The notes beneath the pieces are model-generated. The model was not told the DNA's origin and made no database searches. It worked only from the letters and a program-made list of their open reading frames with translations. A stretch of DNA of 64,000 bases from Andalucia godoyi And28 (taxonomy: Eukaryota; Protista; Jakobida): NCBI GenBank assembly GCA_009859145.1, contig VRVR01000037.1, positions 181,885-245,884 of the forward strand, written 5' to 3'. Both the position numbers and the translations under genes were made by a program. Positions 41,135-51,754 of this stretch are shown here, in pieces; within the stretch, counting starts at the first letter, position 1, and every line of letters starts with the position of its first letter.

Positions 41135-41545
41135 TTAAGTGTTGGAGAACAGCCTAAGAAAACGATCTTGGAGGAAGTTCGATGAAACTTGTTCCTTGGA
41201 CGTTTGCAGCGGAGCGTAACGGACTCTTCTTGTATTGCAGTTTCGTTTGCTACTGTGGTATGATGCATCGTCGACTTCGATTGCATGTTCAAGATGCATG
41301 CACCGACTTGCCCCGGCATGTTCCACTCCGCTACCTGTGAAACAAGTCGAACTCGGCGCCCGTCTGCGCCATTGCGACCACCGCATTTCTAGTAACTCTT
41401 TTCTCCCCTCTCCGTCCTCCCGCTGTAATCGAACTGCATCCTGTCGACATATGTCGTCACTCGCTTCATCAAAACTCGGGGGGAATTTCCAACTCGCTTC
41501 AAGGAAAGCGGGCACGGACAAAACGGACGGGTCGGCGCAGAACAT
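41135..41545 (-). CDS. Possible small hypothetical protein (136 aa)
   Basis: ATG-started frame filling a GC-normal island between AT-rich spacers; no motif. Confidence 0.3.
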   Translation of the reverse strand: MFCADPSVLSVPAFLEASWKFPPSFDEASDDICRQDAVRLQREDGEGRKELLEMRWSQWRRRAPSSTCFTGSGVEHAGASRCMHLEHAIEVDDASYHSSKRNCNTRRVRYAPLQTSKEQVSSNFLQDRFLRLFSNT

Positions 41546-41749
41546 CCGACCTCGGTAGCCCGATTAGGCCACGTCGATCGCCGCTCAGCCCACATTCAAA
41601 AGCCCAAACACCCCCCGCACGTGCTATTTATTCCCCTCATTTGAACTGTACACTTGCACTCTCCGATGCGCCCAATGCACACATACCTCCTTGATTCCCT
41701 TACCATTTCTCACCTTCGCGTTTTTCCTACTCGGCCACCACCCTCTTTG

Positions 41750-41884
41750 TCTCTCTCTCTCTCTCTCTCCCCGCTCAACTCCGCACTCACTCTTTATTAT
41801 CTCTCTTTGTGATTTTTTCTTCTCTTTATTTTTCTCTTCTCTTTATTTTTCTCTTCTCTTTATTTTCTCTTCTCTTTATTTTTC
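41750..41884. repeat. (CT)n tract followed by about four copies of an 18-19 bp pyrimidine-rich unit (ttttctcttctctttatt)
   Basis: Read directly. Confidence 0.85.
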
Positions 41885-42126
41885 CCCCCTTGTCGAATAG
41901 GCCTTATTTATCCCGAGAGGTGTACAAGAAGAAATCGCCCATTCCCCGAACGTCAAGAGAATCCCGTAACGAAGTCATTGCATTATTTCCGTTATTTCCG
42001 TTATCATTACCGTAATCATCATCGTTTCTTTAATTGTTATTGATTTTTTTTATTTAAATTTTCTTCTTCTTCCATAATTTTTGCTTTATTTGTTTGTTGT
42101 TCGCTGTTCATTGTTTCGGGTTTTCA

Positions 42127-43149
42127 ATGTTTCCCATTCACCATCCGTGTCCTGTACGGCTCTTACCGTCTTCTGCTTTTCATCCATATGTGCGCCATCC
42201 TCATCCCCACCTTCATCCTCACCCTCATACGCATGCCTATTCTCACCCTCACCCTCACCCTCATCCTCACCCTCACCCTCATGCTCACTCACTTTCCCAC
42301 TCCCATTCTCAGGCGTACTCTCACTCGACGCTGCACGCAAGTCCGCACGCGTTTGTGGCACCTCCATCGCTGTTTCTGCCTCCTATCTACCACATCTCTC
42401 CGTCCTCTGCGACACCTACGTCGTCTTTGACCTCGATCTCGAGTGCCAAGGACTCGTCAGCACACGCTTTGTCTGTGCCGGTCGGCATAGGCCTTGCGAC
42501 AACCGCTGGACATGGAAACGGAAACGGAAACGGAAGCGGAAACGGAAACGGAAACGTGCATGGGGTGGAGAAGAAGAGTGCGAGCGAGGATGAGGGTGCC
42601 GGGAGCGGTGGATTGTACAAGAGGAAAGAAGCGTGCCAGGCATGCCGCGCGTCGCATCGCCGGTGTGATGGATCTGCGCCGTGCACGCGGTGTCGCAAGC
42701 TCGGTTTCAAGTGCGAGTACCCAGCCAAGTGTGTCCTTGGGGGCGGTGTCAGTGCAGGTGTGAGTGTCCGTGGCAGTATCGGCGAGAAGGAGAGGAAGCG
42801 AGAGTCGAGTGGGGTCGGGAGCGGGCGGAATGCAGCGGGAAAGAGAGAGCGCCAAGAGTCGGCGTCCGGGTCGTCTGTGCACTCGTCGTCCACCGAGGAT
42901 CTCGCAGCCATGGGTTCTGCTGCCGAGGATGCCGCACTCCATTGCCGCGGCCCGTCTGCGATTCCCAGCGCAGGCGGCATCAGCGCAAAAGGAGAAAGAG
43001 AGCGAGAGAGCGAGTCCGAATCCGAATCCGAGCCCGGGTCCGAGTGTGAACACGAGTCCGAGTCCAAGAAGCCGCGCATCGCCCTCAACGAACAGCGCCC
43101 GTGCATCGTCGTCCACTCAGAATCCTGCGACTCTTTGTACAGACCGTAG
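42127..43149 (+). CDS. Zn(II)2Cys6 binuclear-cluster transcription factor with His-Pro repeat N-terminus
   Basis: KEACQACRASHRRCDGSAPCTRCRKLGFKCEY gives C-x2-C-x6-C-x5-C-x2-C-x6-C; ATG at 42127. Confidence 0.85.
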   Translation: MFPIHHPCPVRLLPSSAFHPYVRHPHPHLHPHPHTHAYSHPHPHPHPHPHPHAHSLSHSHSQAYSHSTLHASPHAFVAPPSLFLPPIYHISPSSATPTSSLTSISSAKDSSAHALSVPVGIGLATTAGHGNGNGNGSGNGNGNVHGVEKKSASEDEGAGSGGLYKRKEACQACRASHRRCDGSAPCTRCRKLGFKCEYPAKCVLGGGVSAGVSVRGSIGEKERKRESSGVGSGRNAAGKRERQESASGSSVHSSSTEDLAAMGSAAEDAALHCRGPSAIPSAGGISAKGERERESESESESEPGSECEHESESKKPRIALNEQRPCIVVHSESCDSLYRP

Positions 43150-43321
43150 TTCAAAAGTTAAATGTAGACATTTGTAGACCCCATCGACAGCTCCTTCCTC
43201 TCAAGAAGCGTCATCTGCCATAGCAGAACACGAAGGTTTTTGTTTTGCAATGGAGTTTCTTCTTTTTCCCTTTATTTAAATTTCCGATAATGTCCACAGA
43301 GTGCAAAAGACGGAGGACGGA

Positions 43322-44089
43322 ATGTCGAGTCGGCGTCGCAGTCAGTCGTTTTCACAGCCGCCGACGTCTGTCGCCCGCCACTCCCTATCGGTTCCACACA
43401 ATCATCTTCACGTCGATGGCGATGGCGATGGCGATGGCGATGGCGATGCTGCAGCCCGAGTTGGAGTTGGAGTTGGAGTTGGAGTTGGAGTGAGCGGGGA
43501 TAAGGGAAGGATAGTTGGAGGGAAAAAGAGTGTAGCAACGGATCGTGTTATTTCGAAACGGACGTCGTACTTTCATGCGTCGGCGTCACCGACTGGGACT
43601 TCTGCGTTCGGGATACGACGGCCTCGAATGACGCTTGTTGGACTGCTGAGAAGAGAGCTCTCCACGCATCACAGGGCCTCACAAGCCACCACCGCGGCAG
43701 TACCAACGACAGCGGCAATGACGGCGACAAAGAGCGTAGAGGTGCTGTTGAATATGTACATGGTTCCAATGCGGTTTGAGCAGCTTGTGGCGTACGGGTT
43801 TCTGTCGTGTGTGGACTCGTTGCTGTATTTGCCGACGATCTTCCCGCTCGTGCTCGTGTCTCGAGTGCTGTGCATGTCGCGTCAGGTGCTGCACGATGCA
43901 TGCCTTGTGGGACTGACATCACTGTCGTTTGCGCTGCTTGGTTACCTGGACTTCTCACACTCCTACCATCTGGTCCGCGGGGAGTCCATGCTCAAGCTGT
44001 ATGTGCTGTACAATGCTCTGGAGCTTTTTGGAAGGCTACTTGCTGCATGGGGCCATGACTGCCTCGACGCCCTCGATGCGTCCATCGGA

Positions 44090-44120
<31 letters not shown>

Positions 44121-44887
44121 GCAACAGTGGCGGCGGGGGGTCGACGGCAGAGCAAAGACTGGTGGCGCTGACATCGTGTGTCATCTACGTCATTCTGCAT
44201 ACTTCTGTGGTGTTCTTTCAGGTCGTGACGCTGAACGTGAGCATCAACTCGTCCAACTATGCGTTGCTCACGCTGCTCATCTCGAGCAATTTTGCGGAAA
44301 TCAAAGGAAGCGTGTTTAAAAAGTTCGACGAAAAGTTTGTATTTCAGCTTGCGTGCGCAGATGTGGCCGAGCGCGTCGAACTGCTTGTGTTTTGCATCAC
44401 TATCGGCATGCTGCAGGCACAAGTATCTGGATCATGGGTCGTTGCTGTGTTGTTCTCCGAGATCCTTGTCGACTGGATCAAGCACGCATTTGTTACACGG
44501 TTCAATCGCAAGCCGGCAACACTTTTCACTACAGGCCTCTACACGCTCTGTCGAGACACGCTGGCTGCTCCGTCATTTCTGCACTCGTCGGCCTGGACCG
44601 AAAAAAGAGTCGGAATCGTCCGACTACCCTTGTTCGCTCTGCTGCTGCGGGTTGCCTGGGACGTTTCGTACGACATCTCATTCATCGAGTTCTCGTCGGT
44701 GTACACCCACGCAGCATTCATCGCCCTGGTGTGGTGCGTGCTGTGCTCCCTCAAGATCTTTGTGTCGGTTCTCATGTATGCAATCGCCGCATTTACCTCT
44801 GCAAAACTCAAGGCCCAGTGCGATGCTCAGTACAGCGACTTTTGCGGATGCTATCGGTATGTGATGGTCGAAAAGCGCATCCCGTGA
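43322..44887 (+). CDS. TAPT1: TAPT1/Emp65-family ER membrane protein
   Basis: VPMRFEQLVAYGFLSCVDSLLYLPTIFP; YHLVRGESMLKLYVLYNALE; QVVTLNVSINS...LLISSNFAEIKGSVFKKF; SEILVDWIKHAFVTRFN. Confidence 0.9.
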
Positions 44888-45016
44888 TTTCCTGCAGTTG
44901 TGGAGACGAATGGAAAATCACGCGCTGTCCAGTGCTTGACAATCCAGTGCTTGACAGGTGCATGGCAAGGGGCCGTGCTTCCGTCACCAGTATTGCTATT
45001 AGAACTGTTTGTTAAT

Positions 45017-47260
45017 TTACAATGCCTTACGAACAGTGTACAGCATAGCAGGCTTTCGCAGGACCAGCTCGGGAAGGTGTGCCGCGTCGAAATCCGCCAC
45101 ACATGGGCACACTTGAACCAGGACATCCGGCATCTTCAGTGCTGATGGGAGCGCGAATTCCCGGTGTGTTTGCAACGAGGACTGCAGCGGAGACGGGGAC
45201 TTGTCAGCCAAGGAACTGAGTTGCATGACCAACACAAAAATTCCGTTTCGACGCAACAACTCCTCCGGGATCCTTCGTTCGCGCAGAATCACTGCCGTGT
45301 CCTCTTCGCTTGCAGGTGTGGCTCCCGCGTATGATTCCAGTAAAATCCTTGAAAACTCGGAAATTGAGATGGACTCCCACACTCTCTGCACGTAAATCGC
45401 GCCGTTCAAGTGTCCCGACGACTTTCCATAGTACGCCACCAGCGCATACAAGCTGGAGGAGATGTTGTCGCCAAACAATGCGCCACTGTTGCTCCGTCGA
45501 AACGACGCCACCGATGAGGAACCCGGTGAACTGTTGCGTGGCGAACCCACCGCACCACCGGCAGCACCAGGACCGCCAGCAGACGTAGGAGATGCAGTTC
45601 GAACGGGGGAAATTGAGAACGCTGTCGCCATTTTCGACGTCTCCTGCGCCGCAGCAATATCACCAGTCGACTTGTGGATTTGGGCAAGCTGGTTGAGTGA
45701 CCGCAGTGCTCGAAGCGAGGAATCCGAGTTCCAAGACGGCTGCGTCACGGACAAACTCTCGGTTCCCGCCGCGACAGCGGCGACTGAGGCAGATGCAAAA
45801 CTCCCGGATCGGACTTTAAGTTTCGTGCTGACAATCGTGTCGATCCGACTTTGAACATTGGCAGCCTCGAGGCGACCTGCAAAACGATGTAGATCTCGCA
45901 GCCGTGTCAAGTATGTGACACAGTGATCAAAGCACTTCCAAGACCAGAAAAAGGCAGCAATGCTGAGACAAGCATCTGACGCTTCTAGCTCGGCGACCAA
46001 GTGCCGTCTCTTTGAATGCTTGAAGCGCAGCTGCTCAAGCATTGCGATTCGCGAGAACCAGGAAGCGAGCATCAGCGGCTGATACTTGAGAAGCCTTTTC
46101 GTATTTTTGTACACCGCTTGCATGTCGCATTTTGGGTCGTACGATGCAACGACATGCAGCTGAAGTGCAAACTGCAGAAGCAAAATTCGATCTGCTGGAT
46201 CTGTCGAGCTAACGACGTCCACGACTCGAAAAGAAGCAGCGGGTGGCTCCGGCAGCGCCAGCAGTGCGATCGGCGTATCCAAAGACTGCTTGGAAAGATG
46301 TACGCCTGTTTTTGCAGTGTAGTCCACAAACGAGTTCCAAAACGCAACCAAACTCGATGCGCTCTCGAAGACTTGCGGATTCTTGTTCTTCCCTTCCTCG
46401 TCACATTTTGCACCAACAATGCAGGCCAACGCATTGCAAGTGGACGACATCCACGCAGCAAGCGGTGCGATGCTATCGACTTCCCTAATGTACGCATGAA
46501 ACATCGGAACACAAGCTCCAAAGACGTGAATGCCCTTGGTGACAAAAAGCGAAGGGTTGTGCGACGATGCACACTCCACAAAATGCAGCAGCTGACTTGC
46601 AGTGTCCAACACACCGCCATCCGTCAATCCAGGCGTCCCCCTCAGACTCTCGACAAATGCGTTTGAAAACTTCTCTGGAGGAACCAACTCAAATATTGCA
46701 TACGCCAGTGAATGAATGGCTGCGCGCAGCTCTCGAAACACGCAGACCACCGGGACTACCAGCGCCATTGCAAGCCGAGAATACGTGTCGGTGGTCAGCA
46801 GCCCGATCAGCAGCACGGAAATACGAGTCTGCAGATCTGCATCAAACACTCGGAATTCGTAGATGCACGAAGCAAGCGCATCGGCGAGAAACTCACAGCT
46901 GCTACTACTGGTGGTGGGGGCGGTGCCGGATGCATCTGTGGAGAAGAGTGCGCACAGTGCGCTGTAGGTCGGCGACGCAGAGCTAGCGAGCCATGCGCAG
47001 GCGACCAATCCGGCAATTTCGTAGAGTTCAGGAGGACTCTCCACGAGGCTGGACCACAGCGGAGACACATGGGCAGGCGCACTGCGAGACAGAATAGCCT
47101 CGCAGGCTTGCACGATGTCCTTCACTATGGAATCCAGGACGCCGCCAGCAACAACCTGGGACGAGCCGTCGTAATCCCGCGTCGCAGAAGAAAAGATCAT
47201 GCTCTTTGCTTGGCGCTTGATCTCATCTGGATTGTCAACTGCCCATGACTCGTTGAGCAT
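45017..47260 (-). CDS. Helical-repeat protein with partial DOCK DHR-2-like motifs
   Basis: About 750 aa. YLTRLRDLHRFAGRLEAAN resembles DOCK lobe A; YALVAYYGK...LNGAIYVQR...ISEFSRIL resembles lobe B. ATG at 47260. CDS is secure; the family call is tentative. Confidence 0.6.
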   Translation of the reverse strand: MLNESWAVDNPDEIKRQAKSMIFSSATRDYDGSSQVVAGGVLDSIVKDIVQACEAILSRSAPAHVSPLWSSLVESPPELYEIAGLVACAWLASSASPTYSALCALFSTDASGTAPTTSSSSCEFLADALASCIYEFRVFDADLQTRISVLLIGLLTTDTYSRLAMALVVPVVCVFRELRAAIHSLAYAIFELVPPEKFSNAFVESLRGTPGLTDGGVLDTASQLLHFVECASSHNPSLFVTKGIHVFGACVPMFHAYIREVDSIAPLAAWMSSTCNALACIVGAKCDEEGKNKNPQVFESASSLVAFWNSFVDYTAKTGVHLSKQSLDTPIALLALPEPPAASFRVVDVVSSTDPADRILLLQFALQLHVVASYDPKCDMQAVYKNTKRLLKYQPLMLASWFSRIAMLEQLRFKHSKRRHLVAELEASDACLSIAAFFWSWKCFDHCVTYLTRLRDLHRFAGRLEAANVQSRIDTIVSTKLKVRSGSFASASVAAVAAGTESLSVTQPSWNSDSSLRALRSLNQLAQIHKSTGDIAAAQETSKMATAFSISPVRTASPTSAGGPGAAGGAVGSPRNSSPGSSSVASFRRSNSGALFGDNISSSLYALVAYYGKSSGHLNGAIYVQRVWESISISEFSRILLESYAGATPASEEDTAVILRERRIPEELLRRNGIFVLVMQLSSLADKSPSPLQSSLQTHREFALPSALKMPDVLVQVCPCVADFDAAHLPELVLRKPAMLYTVRKAL

Positions 47261-47563
47261 TCTATGCACGAAATTACCGAACCTTTAAAACTTTGAAACT
47301 TTCAAAAAAATAATAATAATAAAATAAATAAATATAATAATAATAATAACAAGCCAAAATAATAAATTAAATAAAACATATTAAATTAATTATAATAAAT
47401 AGTGCTAATAACTGTTCTTTGTCCTGGTTTCTCAAAACAAGACTCGCTAGCATCAAGCCGAACAGGGAATCCAAAACAAAAAATACAGCAGATGGAAAAC
47501 AAAAGATACGTATGAGTTTTCAGACGAGCTTTCTGACTTTCGAGGGTTGCAAGACGGAGGGGT

Positions 47564-48670
47564 TCATCGCTGGTTCCAGCACGCCACCCACGCGTCCAGC
47601 ACACCTGCGTGCTTGAGTGCGAATGCTTTCTCCAGGATGCTGTACATCCCTTTCAGATTGGCGATTGCGAGCAATGTGATGCCCAGCATTTCGTGAGCAG
47701 AGAACAAGTGGTACACGTAGGCTTTTGAATGCGGAATTGCAGAATCGATTGGCGACTTGTCGAATCGAAATTCCGTGCTTCGCAGATTAAGAAACTCTTC
47801 AAGCCCGCGCATGTCCATCGGTTGGTTTCCTTGTTCAAACCGCGCCATGTGACCTAGAATGCAGTCTGCATTCAGCAGATATCCCATCTCTGCGAAACTG
47901 AACCCAAAGACGCACTCGATCAGGAGCTTCCCGTCCAGCACAGCTGCAAACAGCTGGTCCACACTCTGCACAGACGACTCGTAAACAGATGAGTTGACAG
48001 CGCCGTTGCTGTTGTTGGACATGGATGTCGTGGAGAGTGCGGAAGTGAACTTGGAATCCTCTTCGATCCACTGGACATTGGCAATTTCCGGGTTGTAAAC
48101 GCTGTGTTTTCTCCACAGTTCGTTTCGCTTTGCACACTTCTCCTTTTTTTTCTTTGTGGCGCACATGTACATAGAGCGGTCAAACGGCACAATCGCAGCG
48201 TCTGGCTTCCAGATGCTCATCAGCCTTGAAAACTCGGACGGTATCTCAATCTTCATACGACCTGCCGCAGTTTCTGCAAAGATTGCATTGTCTGAGTGCG
48301 AAAGCGCGGGAATCGGAACATCAAATTCGTAGCATGTAAGCACAATTGGAATGTCGCGGTACCGATCCAGGGTCGTAAACTGCCCAATCGACGGAACCAC
48401 CGTCGTTGGTTTGCTCTTCATGTCACCGTCTCCGTGCTTGGTGTGGTTCCTGTGATGATAGCGGTTGGATACTTGCTTGAACAAGGAAAAGTACAGAAAA
48501 TAAGCGTCGGAGGCAGAAACACCAAACGCGAAGGAAACCGCTTGTGAAGACGTCGACTGCAGTGACAAGACGTACTTTTCAAACATGTCGTGCGAGATAT
48601 GCGGGATCACACATTGCTTGCACGGAATGAGCAGGCGCGGATGATCTGTTATCATCGACATCACAACCAT
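47564..48670 (-). CDS. QTRT2: Queuine tRNA-ribosyltransferase accessory subunit (QTRT2/QTRTD1-like)
   Basis: TGT-family layout: G-x-I-P-H N-terminus, WKPDAAIVPFD, KKCAKRNELW, LFAAVLDGKLLIEC, LNLRSTEFRFDKSPI...HSKAYVYHLFSAHEML. Catalytic motifs of QTRT1 are absent. Confidence 0.8.
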   Translation of the reverse strand: MVVMSMITDHPRLLIPCKQCVIPHISHDMFEKYVLSLQSTSSQAVSFAFGVSASDAYFLYFSLFKQVSNRYHHRNHTKHGDGDMKSKPTTVVPSIGQFTTLDRYRDIPIVLTCYEFDVPIPALSHSDNAIFAETAAGRMKIEIPSEFSRLMSIWKPDAAIVPFDRSMYMCATKKKKEKCAKRNELWRKHSVYNPEIANVQWIEEDSKFTSALSTTSMSNNSNGAVNSSVYESSVQSVDQLFAAVLDGKLLIECVFGFSFAEMGYLLNADCILGHMARFEQGNQPMDMRGLEEFLNLRSTEFRFDKSPIDSAIPHSKAYVYHLFSAHEMLGITLLAIANLKGMYSILEKAFALKHAGVLDAWVACWNQR

Positions 48671-49316
48671 ATCTCCTCAAAAAACCAAAAAAACCGACTA
48701 AACGAAGACGAAGACAAAACCAACAGGCAAACAGACTAGCAAACAATCAAGCAGAAAGGCTCGAGCTCTCCCGTCATTTGGAAACATCTTGCACTTGGAC
48801 TCCTGAGTACAGCTGTTGGTGGGTTTTCTAAAATAGCAAAAGCACGCTGGAGTGCAGGAGAAAAAAGGTACGAGGAGTCGTCGGGTCGGGTGCGATGGTG
48901 CCAGTATGGCGGCGGACGCTGGTGAAAGCGGCCATCTGGCTTCTGCTACAACCCGACGGTGTCTGTAGGCTTTGCTCCATCCAACACCGATTTGCCGCGG
49001 GTTTGCTTGGACACGTTCGGTCAAGTACCATCTTCGCTCGTCCGCTGTGCCGTCGTTCTTGCCGCCTTTGTGCCCTCACGCAAGCGAACAACAGCGCAAA
49101 TCAAGCACGAGTTGCTGCTGGTGCTGGTGCAGCACTCGCTTTGTGCGCCTTAGTCCCTAGTCCTAAGTCCTTGGTTCCTAGTCTGCACAAGCTCACCTCT
49201 TCCGTTGATTGCATCTCCTCTGATTACCGAGTCTTCTGTTCTGTCCGGTGCCTCAGTTATTTACTGATTTTAAAAAAAAGAAAGAAAGAAGAAAGAAGAA
49301 ATAAATAAATAAATAA

Positions 49317-49319
<3 letters not shown>

Positions 49320-49358
<39 letters not shown>
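49320..49358. repeat. (AG)n microsatellite
   Basis: About 19 perfect units. Confidence 0.95.
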
Positions 49359-49361
<3 letters not shown>

Positions 49362-49415
49362 AACGGGCGACGATTTCCCGCACCACGGTCTTATTAGCGT
49401 GCTTGTACTTGATTG

Positions 49416-51047
49416 ATGCGCGTGCTTGGGCGTGCGAATACTGAAAAGGCGCTTTGCATGAGGAAGGCTATCGACGAGGAAGAACGCGATCGCTCGACTG
49501 TCCGTGAACGGTCTCCGATTGACTTTCGAGAAGACAAAAGCGGTGTCGGGTCATCCAGCAACCCCATCAGCGCCTCGTCATCCTCCGCTGCGCTAGAGGC
49601 AGAAGATGATAGGGGAGAAACCATAGAGGAACCGAAGAAGAAGCGCGCGATGGTCCGCAAAGCTTGTGCCTCATGCAGACGGGCACACGCGTCGTGTTGT
49701 CCCGACAGACCGTGTCGCCGATGCGAATCACGCGGATTGATCTGCACGGACGAGGACCAGGTTTCCGACGCGACGTCCGGGGCTCCTTTGTACACTCCTT
49801 CGTTCATTCTCCCTTCTCATTCTGTCCACGGGCCGCTGGATCCTTTATTTGGCTACATGCAACATAGGCAACGCTCTTTCGCAGATCTATCAAAATGGCA
49901 ATCGATGTCGTCCGTGCCGATGCTCCGCGCGGCTGCATCTGCCGATCGAGGATGCGACTCCCACGACGCGCCTTCAACGGGCTCTCTGCAATCACAGCTG
50001 TTTTCAATTCTGCAAAACACCTTCGGGCCGCCCTTGAGAAACCACGTCGAGAATCCATTTCCGGATGCTCAGAAGAGGCCAGGCTTTCCGACCACACATG
50101 CATCAGCAGCAACACCAACGACAATGGCAAAGTCGCATCCTCTCATGGCGACCCAGTCTGCCACGGAAGAAAAGATGCGTGTTCTGCAATCTATGATTGG
50201 GGGAAATGGGTCTTCAGGGTTCCTCTCGAACCTGTGCCCGGAGATCGATGCGATGCTTTCTTCGTCTGTTGAACGCGGGATTGTGGAGTCCCTGTCGTTT
50301 GCCGTGGGAACGTGCATGTGGGAGCAGTTTCTGCTGAACAATCTGGACATCTTTGGACGGAGACATAGTACCAGTGTGCTGCCAGATAAGACATCATCTT
50401 TAGAGAGTGTCGCGGATGCGCAGTCGAGCAGCAGCAGTGACGGCCCTTCGATGATACAAAGCATGATCCCGGGGATCATCACCGCGACAGCATCCAGTTC
50501 CGTACAAGCGGGTCCCCTTCATTCCACGGTGGCGCCAAATCTTGCCGATCACCCGAGTTACTTTTCTTCTCACGTCGAGCGTTCACTGTCTTTTCTGCAG
50601 CTAGAGCGCGTGTGCAGGTATGCGAGCACCATGGTGGTCTGCTGGGAAGCGGACATGCGAACCACATATGTGAACGAAGTCGTCGAGAGCATCACTGGTC
50701 GGTCTCGCGCGGACTTTGTGAACGAGGCAATGTTGCTTGCAAAGTATCTTCCGGAATCCGCAATCGACGAAGCGTTTCGGATTTCGTTCAAGTGCTCTGT
50801 AGATCCTGCTGTCTCGATGCTGTTTTCTGTGAGCCGCGGGTTTCTCGATCGCTACTGGGTGTCCATTGTGGCATTCTGTCGGGACGGGACAACGGGCCTT
50901 TGTCTGTGTGGCATCGCGTGCATGTTCCCCCTGGATGACCGGCAATTCGACAGCGATGATTTGCGCAAGTCGTGGGAGAAAACCCTTCCCGTTTACAGCA
51001 TTGTGAAGTTCTCGGATCTGCCATTGCGAATGATGGGACTGGTCTGA
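49416..51047 (+). CDS. Zn(II)2Cys6 transcription factor with C-terminal PAS-like domain (Rds2/Ert1/AcuM-type architecture)
   Basis: KACASCRRAHASCCPDRPCRRCESRGLIC zinc cluster; PAS-like MVVCWEADMRTTYVNEVVESITGRSRADFV near the C-terminus. Confidence 0.85.
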   Translation: MRVLGRANTEKALCMRKAIDEEERDRSTVRERSPIDFREDKSGVGSSSNPISASSSSAALEAEDDRGETIEEPKKKRAMVRKACASCRRAHASCCPDRPCRRCESRGLICTDEDQVSDATSGAPLYTPSFILPSHSVHGPLDPLFGYMQHRQRSFADLSKWQSMSSVPMLRAAASADRGCDSHDAPSTGSLQSQLFSILQNTFGPPLRNHVENPFPDAQKRPGFPTTHASAATPTTMAKSHPLMATQSATEEKMRVLQSMIGGNGSSGFLSNLCPEIDAMLSSSVERGIVESLSFAVGTCMWEQFLLNNLDIFGRRHSTSVLPDKTSSLESVADAQSSSSSDGPSMIQSMIPGIITATASSSVQAGPLHSTVAPNLADHPSYFSSHVERSLSFLQLERVCRYASTMVVCWEADMRTTYVNEVVESITGRSRADFVNEAMLLAKYLPESAIDEAFRISFKCSVDPAVSMLFSVSRGFLDRYWVSIVAFCRDGTTGLCLCGIACMFPLDDRQFDSDDLRKSWEKTLPVYSIVKFSDLPLRMMGLV

Positions 51048-51347
51048 CCTTTCCCCTCTCCCCCTCCAAAAAGCAAACACACAAACAAACGAACACCGCA
51101 CTCTCACCAACGATGGTGAAAGCACATGTACATACCTTTCATTTACATCTCCGCGTGTCGTAAATGCAACTTTGCAATAGAAAATCGATAGAGAAAGAAG
51201 GAAAGAAAGAAAGAAAGAAAGAAAGAAAGGGAGAACAAAACCAGCGTCATTTTACTGAAATGCGGACGCTGAATGACAAGCCAAAAACAATGCACTGCAG
51301 AAACCGAGTTTTTTTTAATTTTCTTTTTTCTCGCGATCCTCTTTTTC

Positions 51348-51575
51348 CTAGTGCTTAGCCGATTGTTGGATTGCGATTTGCTTGCGGCGCTCGTGGTCTT
51401 GGTATTGGCATGCTTCGTATTCGTGAAGCAAGTCGTGGCACGTCGAACGGCCGCCTAAATGGAAGGTTTCGCGGCGGCACTTGTTGAGAGCGATCAGGAG
51501 CCCTGCGCACCCGTCTCGAAATGCAGGGTCAACGCGAGCAGCAGAAAGCTCAGCGGAAGATGCGCCCGTTGTCAT
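51348..51575 (-). CDS. NDUFB7: Mitochondrial complex I accessory subunit NDUFB7 (B18)
   Basis: ARVDPAFRDGCAGLLIALNKCRRETF...CHDLLHEYEACQYQD twin CX9C pattern typical of NDUFB7. Confidence 0.88.
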   Translation of the reverse strand: MTTGASSAELSAARVDPAFRDGCAGLLIALNKCRRETFHLGGRSTCHDLLHEYEACQYQDHERRKQIAIQQSAKH

Positions 51576-51754
51576 TGATTCCTATCGTCGTATCTCTTTC
51601 CGCAACGAATACTAAACCAAAGAAGGAAAAACAAAACAAAAAAGAAAAAAAAACTGTAATTCCCAAAAAATCCCCAATTCTGTGGTTGTCTGTTGATGAT
51701 GATGCACGAGACTACAGTCGACCGGGTTAATTTCTTATTAATTTAATTTAATTA

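Noticed and set aside
48780-49310. Short ORFs between QTRT2 and the Zn2Cys6-PAS gene
   Set aside because: No frame gives a coherent product; likely promoter or 5' leader, possibly with uORFs.
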